Source: Synechococcus sp.
GTDB lineage: Bacteria; Cyanobacteriota; Cyanobacteriia; PCC-6307; Cyanobiaceae
NCBI GenBank assembly: GCA_047284725.1
Contig: JBJBEO010000001.1
Coordinates: 824,203-888,202 of the forward strand
DNA length: 64,000 nucleotides
Direction of reading: 5' to 3'
The stretch's first letter is position 1, and every line of letters begins with the position of its first letter. Positions 1-11,995 of the stretch are shown in pieces. The notes beneath the pieces were generated by a model, which saw only the letters and a program-made list of their open reading frames with translations, was not told the DNA's origin and did no database searches. The translations under genes and the position numbers were made by a program.

Positions 1-1490
<1,490 letters not shown>

Positions 1491-1638
1491 GGGGCTGCAT
1501 GGAGGGCCTGATGGTCAACGTAGTCAGACCCAACCGATTGCGCCGTTGTCAGGGGCTGTATTTCAAAGACAGCCTGAATCGGTTCCGATCACTACATTGC
1601 GAGTGGTCAGGTTTGGGATCTTGAGTGCTTCTAAGTCG

Positions 1639-3246
1639 ATGTCGTGGTTGTCAGGCTATGACAATCAAGTGATCAATCCCGATCTCAATCAACGAGATCT
1701 GCGCACTGTTGTCGCTTCCAGCATTGCAATCAATCTGATTGTTCTGGCGATTCCGCTGTATATCAATCGCATTTACACCTCGGTGGTGCCTGAACAGGCC
1801 GGCGACAGCCTCGCCGGCATCACCCTGTTGCTGGCTGCTGTTCTCGTTCTTGATGTTCTGCTCAAAGCACTGCGGGCCTGGGTCCTCACCTGGCATGGTG
1901 CATCCCGTGAGCACCGACTGCGCATGGAGGCGGTGCGCGCACTGCTGGGCAGTTCCGTGTCAGCGGTGAGAGCGCAGCCCCTGAAGCTCCGCCTGTCACA
2001 GTTGCGCAGCCCAACGGTGCTTCGCAACCAGTTGGAGCAGCAATGGTTGGTGCGGCATGTCGACTTGCCGTTTGCCCTTGTCTATCTGTTGGTGCTGGGT
2101 TTGATCGGGGGCTGGTTGATTCTGCCGCCGTTGCTGCTCACTCCCCTGTTCATTGTGTTGGCGCGTCGCGCCGCTCGCGATGCTGTCAACGGCTACCGCT
2201 CGCATCATCACTACGAGGTGCAGCGCAACCAGCTCGTGGTCAATGGTTTGGCTCTGGCCTCCACTGTGAAAACCCTCAATCTGGAGGGCTTCTTGATACG
2301 CCGGCTGGAGCCGCTCCAGGAACGCGTCAGCTCCAGTGGTTTTGAACAGGAGTCGGCAACGGCCAGGTTGCAGAACCTGTCAGCCTTGTTTGCCCAGTTC
2401 AATCAACTCCTGATCGTCAGCGTGGGTGGGTTGCTGGTGATTCAGCAGGATCTGTCCACCGGTGCCCTGGCGGCTTGCACGCTGCTCAGTGGTCAGGTGG
2501 CGTCGCCCCTGGGCAAGTTGTTTGCCGCCGATGGGCAACGCGCCAGCCTTGAGCAGGCCTCCTCTGATCATCACGCCTTGCTGGCCTTGCCAGCCGAACC
2601 CAACCTGCTCACGGGTGTCGCACAACGACCCTCCCATCCCTCACTCGCGCTTCCAGGCGTTGTGCTCCAGCCGGGCGAGACGCTTGTGTGTGCTGGCGGA
2701 GAGCCTGGCCAATCGTCGCGCTTGATGTCGGCCCTTCATGCCTTGGAGGAACCGTTGGCATCGCGCTGCAGGTTTGGTGATCAACCCTTGTCGCAGTTCC
2801 GCAAGACCTGGCTCCGGCGCCAGATTGCCCTGCTGAAAACGGAGCCACAGCCGTTCCGCGCCACCTTGCTGGAATCGATGACCGGCTTTGAGGTGAATCG
2901 ACGGGCGGAAGCGGCCATCAGCCTGTGCCAGCGCCATGGTGTTGCCCCCCTGATTCAGGCCTTGCCGATGGGGTATGAAACCGTCGTCGGCGAGCAGCAG
3001 CAGTACCCGCTCGCCGCGGGGTTGCGGTTCCGAATTGGTGTGATTCAGGCCTTGCTTGATGACCCTTCCGTGCTGCTTCTGGATGGCACCTTCCCGTCGA
3101 TCAGTGCCGATGCGCTGCAGTGGTTCCTGGGCCTGGATGTGAACTGCGCCCGCTTGATCACGCTCAACAGCTTCCCCGCCGGCCTTCCTCCTGCGGTGCG
3201 CCAACTCAGTTGGCATGGCGACCAGATGGTGGAGGTGGCGTCATGA
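1639..3246 (+). CDS. Type I secretion ABC transporter subunit (TMD plus degenerate NBD)
   Basis: HlyB-like TMD (SSIAINLIVLAIPLYINRIY..., LSTGALAACTLL) and LPMGYETVVGE; Walker A/B and signature motifs are degenerate. Confidence 0.85.
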   Translation: MSWLSGYDNQVINPDLNQRDLRTVVASSIAINLIVLAIPLYINRIYTSVVPEQAGDSLAGITLLLAAVLVLDVLLKALRAWVLTWHGASREHRLRMEAVRALLGSSVSAVRAQPLKLRLSQLRSPTVLRNQLEQQWLVRHVDLPFALVYLLVLGLIGGWLILPPLLLTPLFIVLARRAARDAVNGYRSHHHYEVQRNQLVVNGLALASTVKTLNLEGFLIRRLEPLQERVSSSGFEQESATARLQNLSALFAQFNQLLIVSVGGLLVIQQDLSTGALAACTLLSGQVASPLGKLFAADGQRASLEQASSDHHALLALPAEPNLLTGVAQRPSHPSLALPGVVLQPGETLVCAGGEPGQSSRLMSALHALEEPLASRCRFGDQPLSQFRKTWLRRQIALLKTEPQPFRATLLESMTGFEVNRRAEAAISLCQRHGVAPLIQALPMGYETVVGEQQQYPLAAGLRFRIGVIQALLDDPSVLLLDGTFPSISADALQWFLGLDVNCARLITLNSFPAGLPPAVRQLSWHGDQMVEVAS

Positions 3247-5372
3247 TCACGCGCGATGAACTGTTTGCACGACTGACGGCCAGTCCGTCGGCCACCGCCA
3301 GGATGCTGCCTGCCTTGCTTGAGGGGCTGGGCTGGCTGGGTGAGCCTGTGCAGTTGCGCAACGCTCTGTGCGGCAGCCCGCAACAGATGGATGATGTGGA
3401 TCTGTTGAACACCTTGGCCAATCTTGGCTTCCGTTGGGATGTGCGCCGTCTGCGCGGAGTGCTCACGCCAGACACACTTCCACCGCTCGATTTCCCGGTC
3501 TTGATTCGATCTCAGCAGAGCCATGCGCTGACGCTGATTGAGGATCTTCAGTCGTTGAAAGAGGTTCTCCCCAGATTTCGACGTCTGTTCATTTACAGCT
3601 TTCGCTTTGAGCCCCATCGCGTCGCCGAACAGCGGCAGTGGTTTCAGGCGCTGGTGCTGCGTTTCCGCGGCAGCATTGCTGAGTTGTATGTGATGAGCTT
3701 TCTCATCAGCCTGCTCACCCTGGTGCTGCCCTTTTACATCCGGGCTGTGTACAACCTCGAAATTCCGGGGGGGCAGGTTGGCGACCTGTTTGGACTGTTG
3801 CCGTTTGCCCTGTTGGGGGTGGTGCTCCAGATCTGGTTGACGCAACGGCGGCAGGCCCGGCTGGCTGACCTGGGTGCCGAGCTGGATCTCACCATCAGCA
3901 TTCGGGTCATGGAAAAACTCATGCTGTTGCGCCTTCCTCAGCTGGAGCGCTACACGCCGCTCTCGCTGGCCAGCCGCCTGCGCAGCTTTCAGGGTTTGCG
4001 CTCGTATGTGACAGGCCCTTTGGCGCTCGCTGCACTGGATCTCCCCTTCATCGGGGTGTATCTGGTGGCCATCGCCGTGATGAGTGTGCCGCTGATGCTG
4101 CTCACCCTGGTGATGGTGCTGGTTTGTTTTGGTGGCGTCTATGTGGTGGGTCAGTTGGCGCGTTCGCTGCAGGAGCCATTACGCAGAAATCCAGCCAATC
4201 TTGAGCCGTTGCTGTTGGATCTTCTCGATCACTTCGAACGGGTGAAGCGCACGGGCGCGGAACGCCTGTGGAATGCCCGCATTGAGCAGGCGTCGAGTGA
4301 AGCGGCCATGCAGGGATTGGCGCCCCTGCGCCTGCAGCAGCTGCTCAATATCCTCACGGGTGAATTTGCTCAGCTCACGGGTGCCCTGGTGCTGGCCACA
4401 GGGGCTGGTCTGGCGATTGCGGGGGGCAGCGGCATCGAGCTGGGCACCATGATCGCGGCGATGTTTTTCGTGTGGCGTGTGTTCAGGCCCATCCAGATGG
4501 GCTATCAGGCCTTGAGCCGTTGGTCACAGATCAAGCCCAGCCTTGATCAGCTCAACCGCTTCATGGGGTCGGCTGATGTGGAACCCAGCACCTCCTTGAG
4601 TGATCCATGGGTGTTGCCCATGCCGCAGGGCAACGTTGAACTGAGCAATGTCACCCTGCGTTTGAACGCTCTGCAGGAACCCACCCTGTCTCAGGTGTCG
4701 ATCAAGATCCCTGCCGGCCAGTTGGTGGTGATCAGTGGTCCTGAGGGTTCAGGTCGTTCTGCACTGCTGCGGTTGATTGACGGTCAGATTCAGCCTGGCA
4801 GTGGTGTGCTTCGTTTCGATGGCACCGACTCCCGTCAGTTCCCTCTCTCGCAGCGGCGTCAGAGTGTGGACTTCCTGCCGGAGCAGCCCGGGTTGTTCAG
4901 CGCATCGCTGCGAGAAAACATGATGATCGTCGATCCCTTCACCGACGATCAGGCCATCACCCGCAGCCTGCGCGCCCTGGCGCTGGATGAACTGCTCGAA
5001 GGCCCAGGCTTGGATCGTCCGTTGAGCATGAAGGGTGAGCATTCCCTGCCTCCTTATCTCAGCCAGGGGATTGCGATTGCGCGCTTGCTGCTGGGACAGG
5101 CACCGATCCTGCTGTTGGATCAACCCTTCCGCCTTCTGGATCCACGGCGCCTTGAGGCGCTGCTCACCGTGCTGCAGCAACGCAAAGGACACGGCACCAC
5201 CCTTGTGGTCAGTGATGAGCCCCGTCTGTTGGAACTCGCCGATCAGATCATCGTGATGCGTTCCGGAACGGTGAGTTTCAGCGGCACGCCGCAGGAGCTG
5301 CTGGCAGCACAACAGAAAGCGGCGATGCAGCAGGCCGCGATGGGTGCCATGGCAGGTGCCGCCCAACCTTGA
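3243..5372 (+). CDS. Type I secretion ABC transporter subunit (N-terminal domain, TMD, degenerate NBD)
   Basis: ATGA overlap with the upstream gene; TMD with LDLPF motif; GPEGSGRS and ILLLDQP. Confidence 0.85.
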   Translation: MITRDELFARLTASPSATARMLPALLEGLGWLGEPVQLRNALCGSPQQMDDVDLLNTLANLGFRWDVRRLRGVLTPDTLPPLDFPVLIRSQQSHALTLIEDLQSLKEVLPRFRRLFIYSFRFEPHRVAEQRQWFQALVLRFRGSIAELYVMSFLISLLTLVLPFYIRAVYNLEIPGGQVGDLFGLLPFALLGVVLQIWLTQRRQARLADLGAELDLTISIRVMEKLMLLRLPQLERYTPLSLASRLRSFQGLRSYVTGPLALAALDLPFIGVYLVAIAVMSVPLMLLTLVMVLVCFGGVYVVGQLARSLQEPLRRNPANLEPLLLDLLDHFERVKRTGAERLWNARIEQASSEAAMQGLAPLRLQQLLNILTGEFAQLTGALVLATGAGLAIAGGSGIELGTMIAAMFFVWRVFRPIQMGYQALSRWSQIKPSLDQLNRFMGSADVEPSTSLSDPWVLPMPQGNVELSNVTLRLNALQEPTLSQVSIKIPAGQLVVISGPEGSGRSALLRLIDGQIQPGSGVLRFDGTDSRQFPLSQRRQSVDFLPEQPGLFSASLRENMMIVDPFTDDQAITRSLRALALDELLEGPGLDRPLSMKGEHSLPPYLSQGIAIARLLLGQAPILLLDQPFRLLDPRRLEALLTVLQQRKGHGTTLVVSDEPRLLELADQIIVMRSGTVSFSGTPQELLAAQQKAAMQQAAMGAMAGAAQP

Positions 5373-5408
5373 GTCGGTTTTGTCTTCCAGTCCCTTGTCT
5401 TTTGTCTG

Positions 5409-6809
5409 ATGTCACCATCCACCACCACCCCAGCCTCCAGCACCACCCCAGCCTCCTCCAGCCAGCCCGGGTCTCCGGAGCCATCGTCGCAGCAATCGCT
5501 CTGGCAACTGCCCGTTGAAGCAACCAAGGCTGTCTTTGGCCATGGTCGGCGGGCGGAAGCCCTGTCCCTGGAGGCCGGTCAGGTTCCTCCCAATCTGTCC
5601 CGTTGGCTGCTTGGATCCACGGCCGTGTTGGCCGGATCGATTCTCGTGTCGGCGTTGGTGCCGATTCAGGATTATGTGGTCGCCTCCGGTGAGATTGAAC
5701 CCGCCGGTGATATTCAGAAGGTGCAGCATCTCGAAGGCGGCATCATTCGTGAGCAGTTGGTGGAGGAAGGTGAACGGGTGCGGAAAGGGGAGGTGTTGCT
5801 GCAATTGAATGAGGGGCAGATCGGCTCACAGCAGCAGCAGACCGCCACGCGGATCACCAATCTCACCCTGGAGCAGAGGGAATTGCGCCGGGCCTTGGGA
5901 GAGGAGGCCATGAATGCCCAGGCCCGCACACCGGCTACCCCATCTCCGGAGGTGGCCAAAGCCTATGCCGATCTGGTGCAGCACAAGGGTCTTGATATTC
6001 AGCGTCAGATCAAGGTGGCTGATCAGCGCTTGGCCACCTTGAAGGCCAAGCGCAGGGAGTATCTCGATGAAGTGTCCCTGTTGAAACAACAGACCAAGGC
6101 CTACGAAACACTCGATCAGGCTGGAGCGATTGCTCACAATGATGTGCTGGAAGCGGAGCGCAGGATCGCTTCCACTGAGACACTCCTGGCTGAGTTGGAT
6201 GGCACGATCAAGGAAACGGAGACGCAACGGTTTGAACTGCGCTCCAAGTTGAGAACCGACATCCTTGAACAGCTGGCCAGAGTCACCAGCGAGAAAGCTG
6301 AGCTGCAAAGTGTGCTTGGTGAGCAACTCGATGAGGTGGAGCGATTGCAGGTGCGCTCCCCTGTTGATGGCATTGTCAAGAGTTACACGGTGAAGACCAT
6401 TGGTGGCGTGATTGCCCCCGGCAGTGTGGTTGCCGAGGTGGTGCCCACGGGCGATCAGTTGGAAGGGTTTCTCAGGGTCAAACCTGCTGATATCGGCAAC
6501 GTCATGAAGGGGCAGAAAGTGCAACTCAAGGTTCAGGCCTACGACTACAGTCGCTACGGCACGATTCCTGGTGTTGTCAAATCGATTTCGGCCGGCACCT
6601 TTCAGGATGAAAAAACTGGAGAGCCTTACTACAAGGTTCGTGCTGCCTTGGATCGGGAATTTGCCGGCAAAACCAAAGGCCGCAATCTGTTGGTGCCTGG
6701 CATGACATTAACGGCTGACATTCTCACCGATCGCACCAATCTGTTGATGTATCTGCTGGGTCCGATCGGCCGAGGCTTTGGTGATGCTTTCCACGAACAA
6801 AGTTTGTGA
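5409..6809 (+). CDS. HlyD-family type I secretion periplasmic adaptor
   Basis: VQHLEGGII, coiled coil, VRSPVDGIV, YDYSRYGTIPG, PGMTLTADI. Confidence 0.92.
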   Translation: MSPSTTTPASSTTPASSSQPGSPEPSSQQSLWQLPVEATKAVFGHGRRAEALSLEAGQVPPNLSRWLLGSTAVLAGSILVSALVPIQDYVVASGEIEPAGDIQKVQHLEGGIIREQLVEEGERVRKGEVLLQLNEGQIGSQQQQTATRITNLTLEQRELRRALGEEAMNAQARTPATPSPEVAKAYADLVQHKGLDIQRQIKVADQRLATLKAKRREYLDEVSLLKQQTKAYETLDQAGAIAHNDVLEAERRIASTETLLAELDGTIKETETQRFELRSKLRTDILEQLARVTSEKAELQSVLGEQLDEVERLQVRSPVDGIVKSYTVKTIGGVIAPGSVVAEVVPTGDQLEGFLRVKPADIGNVMKGQKVQLKVQAYDYSRYGTIPGVVKSISAGTFQDEKTGEPYYKVRAALDREFAGKTKGRNLLVPGMTLTADILTDRTNLLMYLLGPIGRGFGDAFHEQSL

Positions 6810-6897
6810 GTGTCGCGTCAACGCCTCCGGTCAGGCTGCATGCTTGATGGCCCCCTGGATCGATCACCGTGACATCAAACCGAGCTGCCGAACCACG

Positions 6898-7740
6898 ATG
6901 ACCTTCGCGATTGCCAAAGCTGCCACCAGCCTCGCTGCCGCGATTCTCCTGGGCGCTTGCAGTGACGCCACCGACAAGGCTGATGCACCCGCCCCACGGT
7001 CCACGGCATCGGCCACCAGGATCTCGAAACCGCAGGGATGGACCAACGACAACGTCTTCCTCGGTCGATGGCAAGGGAACAGCACCGCCGGGCGAGCGGT
7101 GTTGGATGTGCTCACGCTGGAACCGAATCGGGTGCGCTGGGGGAACGCCGCGAATGGCTCCTGCGACAGCGACTACAGCGTTGAACAGATGCCCTGGGGG
7201 CGTCACGGGCGCTTCCCTGATCAGCTGGTTCCGCCCACGCAACCCACCGATCTGGTGTATGGCGTCGTCAGGCTCACCCTCCTACCACAACCGTGCAACA
7301 CCGGCGTTGCCGTGATCCAGTTGGCCAAGCCGATGGATGGATCAGGGGCCCTGCAGGTGGTGACCTACGACGCCGAGGGAGCGATCCGAGGCAACTACCC
7401 CGACCTTTCGGAGCTGCGTGCAGACCAGGCCCCGAAGCAGCCCCATGATGTTGGCGGCAGTCCCCCGATTGTCGACACGGCCAGGTTTCCGCTGACTTGC
7501 ACGCTCAATGCGATCGCCTCCACCTGCCGAACCGAGCCTGCAGCCAACGATGGGTTCACGGTCATCTTCAGCCACGCCGAAGGCCCGACCTTCACGTTCA
7601 CGCCGGTCGGTGCACCGACCACGGATCGACGTGAAATGGTCGATGGCACGGGCCAGCGGTGGGCGATGACTGGGCATCACACCTTTGAGCTGGAGGAGAT
7701 CGGTGGTTACGGCAACAGGATCACGGTCAGCAAACCCTGA
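6898..7740 (+). CDS. Hypothetical lipoprotein, apparently two domains
   Basis: Signal peptide with lipobox LLGA-C followed by an Ala/Pro linker. Confidence 0.65.
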   Translation: MTFAIAKAATSLAAAILLGACSDATDKADAPAPRSTASATRISKPQGWTNDNVFLGRWQGNSTAGRAVLDVLTLEPNRVRWGNAANGSCDSDYSVEQMPWGRHGRFPDQLVPPTQPTDLVYGVVRLTLLPQPCNTGVAVIQLAKPMDGSGALQVVTYDAEGAIRGNYPDLSELRADQAPKQPHDVGGSPPIVDTARFPLTCTLNAIASTCRTEPAANDGFTVIFSHAEGPTFTFTPVGAPTTDRREMVDGTGQRWAMTGHHTFELEEIGGYGNRITVSKP

Positions 7741-7836
7741 GCAGGAACGGGGTCTCCAGACAAGACGCCCAGGTGCCTGAAGGTATGCGTCTGGCGGCAG
7801 CGCTGCATTGATCAGGCTGCCGCTGGCGTGCCCGGC

Positions 7837-8561
7837 TTATTTGAACAGGGTTTGCAGTAGAACATTCACGGCAGCTCCCGTCACATCACCTGCCGTGGGC
7901 TGCCGGCTGCCGTTGTTCTGTGTGGCCACCAGTTTGTAATTCGCGAAGCGGAACACCCCGGTGTTGCCGTGATCCACGAAGGTCACAGGCCAGGTGCCCC
8001 CGAAGGAATCGGTGATGGTGTAGCTGTGCCCTCCTTGGCTGGTGAACAGATAGGTGTTGCCGTTGCCGAGATGGATGCGATACCGGCTGCTGTTGCCCTT
8101 CACCACTTGCTTGAGGTCACAGGGCCCATCGAACATCGGTCGGCCGCCCTCGCTGAGGCTGCACAATCCCGTTTGTTGAGCCACCTGCTTCTGAGGTTTT
8201 GGGGCGGGTTGCACGGAGGATGCGCCAAACAGCTGTTTGGTGAGCCGTTTGGCTTTGTTCCTGGCGTTCCAGCCATCATTCCAGCAGGTGCGCTGCTCAA
8301 CGCTGCAGGCCTGACCGGAGCTGAGTCTGAAATCGCGGCTTCTGGAAGCCCTGAGGTTCTGTGTCAGCCGATCCGCAGCTATTGCCCGAAATAGATCTTG
8401 GTGATTCCGATCGAGGGGCCAGCACTGTCGTAACAAACCTGACCAACCTGATCACACACTTCTCCCTTGCGGGGATAGCTGATTCCATCGCGCTGGGCCT
8501 GGGCTGCCAACGGGCTGATCACCAGTGTGGCAGCGCTGGCACAAGCAAAGAACACGCGCAT
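7837..8561 (-). pseudogene. Frameshifted YcgJ (Fels-1 prophage-like) family secreted protein
   Basis: Signal peptide plus GEVCDQVGQVCYD...ITKIYFGQ* in one frame continues as IAADRL...DFRLSSGQAC...RTCW in another; one missing A near 8381 would join them. Confidence 0.65.
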
Positions 8562-8715
8562 GAGATCTGTGCAGAACTTGTACTGGGAAAGTAGAGGATG
8601 TGTGCGCGAACGTGAGACATCGACGGTTTGGTTGTCATCAACGTGCATCCCATTCGCTTGCTGTAGGTGTAACCAGAAATCGTTGAATCCAACGCCATGA
8701 TTGCCGTCACGACAT

Positions 8716-8742
8716 AAAAAACCCCCGCCTTGCGGCGAGGGT
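8716..8742 (-). terminator. Rho-independent terminator of psbDC
   Basis: ACCCUCGCC-GCAA-GGCGGGGGU stem-loop followed by a U-tract, ~50 nt after the psbC stop. Confidence 0.85.
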
Positions 8743-8790
8743 GTGATGACGATCGTTGCTGGCGTGATGCCGTTCGAGTAATCGCGGGGA

Positions 8791-10179
8791 TCAGTCGAGG
8801 TCGGGCATGGCCAGGGTGGGCTCGGCCTGACGGTCGATGCCTTTTTCGAAACCGGCAGCAGCAGCGCGGGCGCGGCCGGCGTGCCAGAGGTGACCCACCA
8901 GGAAGAAGAAGGCAAGGACGAACTGGGTCGCAGCCAGCCACTGGCGGATGTTCACGAAGTTCACCGAGTTGGGCTCGGTGATGATGCCGCCCACAGAGTT
9001 GAGGGAAGCGTTGGGAGCGTGAGTCATGTACTCAGCTGCGCGACGCACCTGCCAAGGCTGGATGTCGTTCTGCAGCTTGTCGAGACTCAGGCCATTGGGG
9101 CCACGCAGGGGCTCCAGCCAGGGACCACGGAAGTCCCAGAAACGCATGGTCTCACCACCGAAGATGATCTCACCGGTCGGGGAGCGCATCAGGTACTTAC
9201 CAAGACCGGTGGGGCCCATGGCCGAACCGATGTTGGCGCCCAGGCGTTGGTCACGCACCAGGAAGGTGAAGCTCTGGGCCTGGGAGGACTCGGCGTTAGT
9301 GGGGCCGTAGAACTCCGAGGGGTAGGCGGTGTTGTTGAACCAGATGTAAGCCGAGGCGATGAAGCTCATGAAGCTCAGGGCACCGAGGCTGTAGCTCAGG
9401 TAGGCCTCACCATTCCAGATGAAGGCGCGACGCACCCAGCCGAAAGGCTTGGTGGTGACGTGCCAGATACCACCGGAGATCAGGGTCAGACCCAGCCAGA
9501 TGTGGCCACCGATGATGTCTTCCATGGAGTTCACACCGATGATCCAACCTTCGCCACCGAAGGGGGCGCGGAACAGATAACCGAAGATCACACCGGGATC
9601 GAGGGTGGGGTTGGTGATCAGGCGCACATCGCCACCACCGGGGGCCCAGGTGTCGTAAACACCGCCGAAGAACATGGCCTTGAAGACCAGCAGCAGGCAG
9701 CCGACGCCCAGAAGGATGAGGTGATAACCAATGATGTTGGTCATCTGGTTCTTGTCACGCCAGTCCTGGGAGAAGAACGTGGAGTAGTTCTCCAGAATCT
9801 CAGGACCACGCAGGGCGTGATAGAGGCCGCCGAGGCCAAGCACAGCGGAGCTGATCAAGTGAAGAACACCGACCACAAAGAAGGGATAGAGGTCGGTGAC
9901 TTCACCACCGGGTCCAACGCCGTACCCGAGGGTGGCGACGTGGGGGAACAGGATCAGACCCTGCTCATACATGGGCTTGTCGAAGGTGAAGTGGCTCACC
10001 TCGAACAGCATCATGGCGCCTGCCCAGAACACCATCAGGCCAGCATGGGCCACATGGGCACCAAGCAGACGACCTGACAGGTTGATCAGACGTGCATTAC
10101 CGGACCACCAGGCATAGCCAGTGGAGTCGAGGTCTTTGCCGCCAGTGGCGACAAGACCGGCATTAAAGGGCGTTTCCAC
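8791..10179 (-). CDS. psbC: Photosystem II CP43 protein
   Basis: GTG start VETPFN overlapping psb[23 protein letters not shown]. Confidence 0.98.
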   Translation of the reverse strand: METPFNAGLVATGGKDLDSTGYAWWSGNARLINLSGRLLGAHVAHAGLMVFWAGAMMLFEVSHFTFDKPMYEQGLILFPHVATLGYGVGPGGEVTDLYPFFVVGVLHLISSAVLGLGGLYHALRGPEILENYSTFFSQDWRDKNQMTNIIGYHLILLGVGCLLLVFKAMFFGGVYDTWAPGGGDVRLITNPTLDPGVIFGYLFRAPFGGEGWIIGVNSMEDIIGGHIWLGLTLISGGIWHVTTKPFGWVRRAFIWNGEAYLSYSLGALSFMSFIASAYIWFNNTAYPSEFYGPTNAESSQAQSFTFLVRDQRLGANIGSAMGPTGLGKYLMRSPTGEIIFGGETMRFWDFRGPWLEPLRGPNGLSLDKLQNDIQPWQVRRAAEYMTHAPNASLNSVGGIITEPNSVNFVNIRQWLAATQFVLAFFFLVGHLWHAGRARAAAAGFEKGIDRQAEPTLAMPDLD

Positions 10180-11218
10180 GGGGCAGAACCTCTTCAGGGA
10201 AGACGAAGTTTTCGTGCGGCTGGTCAGCCGGTGCCATCCAGGCACGCAGACCTTCATTCAGAAGGATGTTCTTGGTGTAGAAGGTCTCGAATTCGGGATC
10301 TTCTGCAGCGCGGATCTCCTGGGACACGAAGTCATAGGCGCGCAGGTTGAGGGCCAGGCCGATGATGCCGATGGAGCTGGTCCACAGGCCCATCACAGGC
10401 ACGAACAGCATGAAGAAGTGCAGCCAGCGCTTGTTGGAGAAGGCGATCCCGAAGATCTGACTCCAGAAGCGGTTGGCGGTGACCATCGAATAGGTCTCTT
10501 CTTCCTGGGTGGGCTCGAACGCCTTGAAGGTGTTGGCCTGCTCGCCGTCCTCAAACAGGGTGTTTTCCACGGTGGCGCCGTGAATGGCGCAGAGCAGTGC
10601 ACCGCCGAGGATGCCGGCGACGCCCATCATGTGGAAGGGATTCAGGGTCCAGTTGTGGAAGCCCTGAAGGAAGAGGAGGAAGCGGAAGATCGCAGCCACA
10701 CCGAAGGAGGGCGCGAAGAACCAGCTGCTCTGACCGAGGGGGTACATCAGGAAGACACTGACGAACACCGCGATCGGACCGGAGAAGGCGATGGCGTTGT
10801 AGGGGCGGATGCCGACCAGACGGGCGATCTCGAACTGACGCAGCATGAAGCCGATCAGAGCGAAAGCACCGTGCAGGGCCACGAAGGCCCAGAGGCCGCC
10901 GAGCTGACACCAGCGAACGAAGTCGCCCTGGGCTTCAGGGCCCCAGAGCAGAAGGAGGCTGTGACCCATCGCATCAGCGGGGGTGGACACAGCAGCGGTG
11001 AGGAAGTTGCAACCTTCCAGGTACGAAGAGGCAATGCCGTGGGTGTACCAGGAGGTGACAAAGGTGGTGCCTGTGAGCCAGCCACCGATGGCCAGGTAGG
11101 CCGTTGGGAACAGAAGGATGCCGGACCAGCCGACAAAAACGAAGCGGTCGCGCTTGAGCCAGTCATCGAGGACGTCGAACCATCCCCGCTGAGGCGCGCG
11201 TCCTACAGCGATCGTCAT
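10163..11218 (-). CDS. psbD: Photosystem II D2 protein
   Basis: MTIAVGR...[16 protein letters not shown]...[10 protein letters not shown]. Confidence 0.99.
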   Translation of the reverse strand: MTIAVGRAPQRGWFDVLDDWLKRDRFVFVGWSGILLFPTAYLAIGGWLTGTTFVTSWYTHGIASSYLEGCNFLTAAVSTPADAMGHSLLLLWGPEAQGDFVRWCQLGGLWAFVALHGAFALIGFMLRQFEIARLVGIRPYNAIAFSGPIAVFVSVFLMYPLGQSSWFFAPSFGVAAIFRFLLFLQGFHNWTLNPFHMMGVAGILGGALLCAIHGATVENTLFEDGEQANTFKAFEPTQEEETYSMVTANRFWSQIFGIAFSNKRWLHFFMLFVPVMGLWTSSIGIIGLALNLRAYDFVSQEIRAAEDPEFETFYTKNILLNEGLRAWMAPADQPHENFVFPEEVLPRGNAL

Positions 11219-11451
11219 GAGAGTGAACGGTGCGGTTGTCCGCAGGCTGTGGGATACCCGGCGACCTTAACAATTTCAGTGGGGTGCGCGGGGGGGAAAT
11301 GCATCACCTGAAATCCGTTGTATCGAAACGGTTTTTCCAGGTTTCTTTCGTTTTCAGTCGGCGTCGGCTCGGCATCGGGCTCTGGCCTGCACCGCCCTCA
11401 CGACAGCCGCTTCCCCTAGCGGGTCACAATGGGCGCTTCCAAAGGGCATTC

Positions 11452-11988
11452 ATGTCTGCCGATCTGCTCGAACAGCCGGTTCTCGGCTCCCGTCGTCTCT
11501 CCAATGTGCTCGTGGCCTCGATGGTGAGCATTGGAGGGGTGGGCTTTCTGCTGGCGTCGCTGTCCAGCTACCTGGGACGTGATCTGCTGCCCCTCGGCCA
11601 TGCTGCCGCTCTGATCTTTGTGCCCCAGGGCCTGGTGATGGGGCTTTACAGCCTGGCAGCGGCCTTGCTTGCCACGTATCTGTGGTCGGTGATTGCCATC
11701 AACGTCGGGTCCGGCAGCAATCGATTCGACCGGGCCGCAGGCATTGTCACCATCTCCAGGCGTGGATTCCGTCAGCCGATCAACGTGGAGATACCGCTCA
11801 AAGACGTCAAGGCGGTGAAGGTGGAGGTGCGTGATGGTCTCAACCCGCGTCGCCGCATCTCGCTGCGGGTGCAGGGCCGACGTGACATGCCGCTCACCCG
11901 GGTCGGCGAACCGCTCCCCCTGGCTCAGCTCGAACAGGACGGTGCTGAACTGGCCCGATTCCTGGGCGTCAACCTCGAAGGACTCTGA
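11452..11988 (+). CDS. ycf4: Photosystem I assembly protein Ycf4
   Basis: [23 protein letters not shown]; position next to psbD. Confidence 0.95.
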   Translation: MSADLLEQPVLGSRRLSNVLVASMVSIGGVGFLLASLSSYLGRDLLPLGHAAALIFVPQGLVMGLYSLAAALLATYLWSVIAINVGSGSNRFDRAAGIVTISRRGFRQPINVEIPLKDVKAVKVEVRDGLNPRRRISLRVQGRRDMPLTRVGEPLPLAQLEQDGAELARFLGVNLEGL

Positions 11989-11995
11989 AACTGCC

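Noticed and set aside
8881..11311. Long + strand ORFs (398 and 396 aa) opposite psbC/psbD
   Set aside because: They are antisense shadows caused by strong codon bias in highly expressed genes and have no recognisable motifs.
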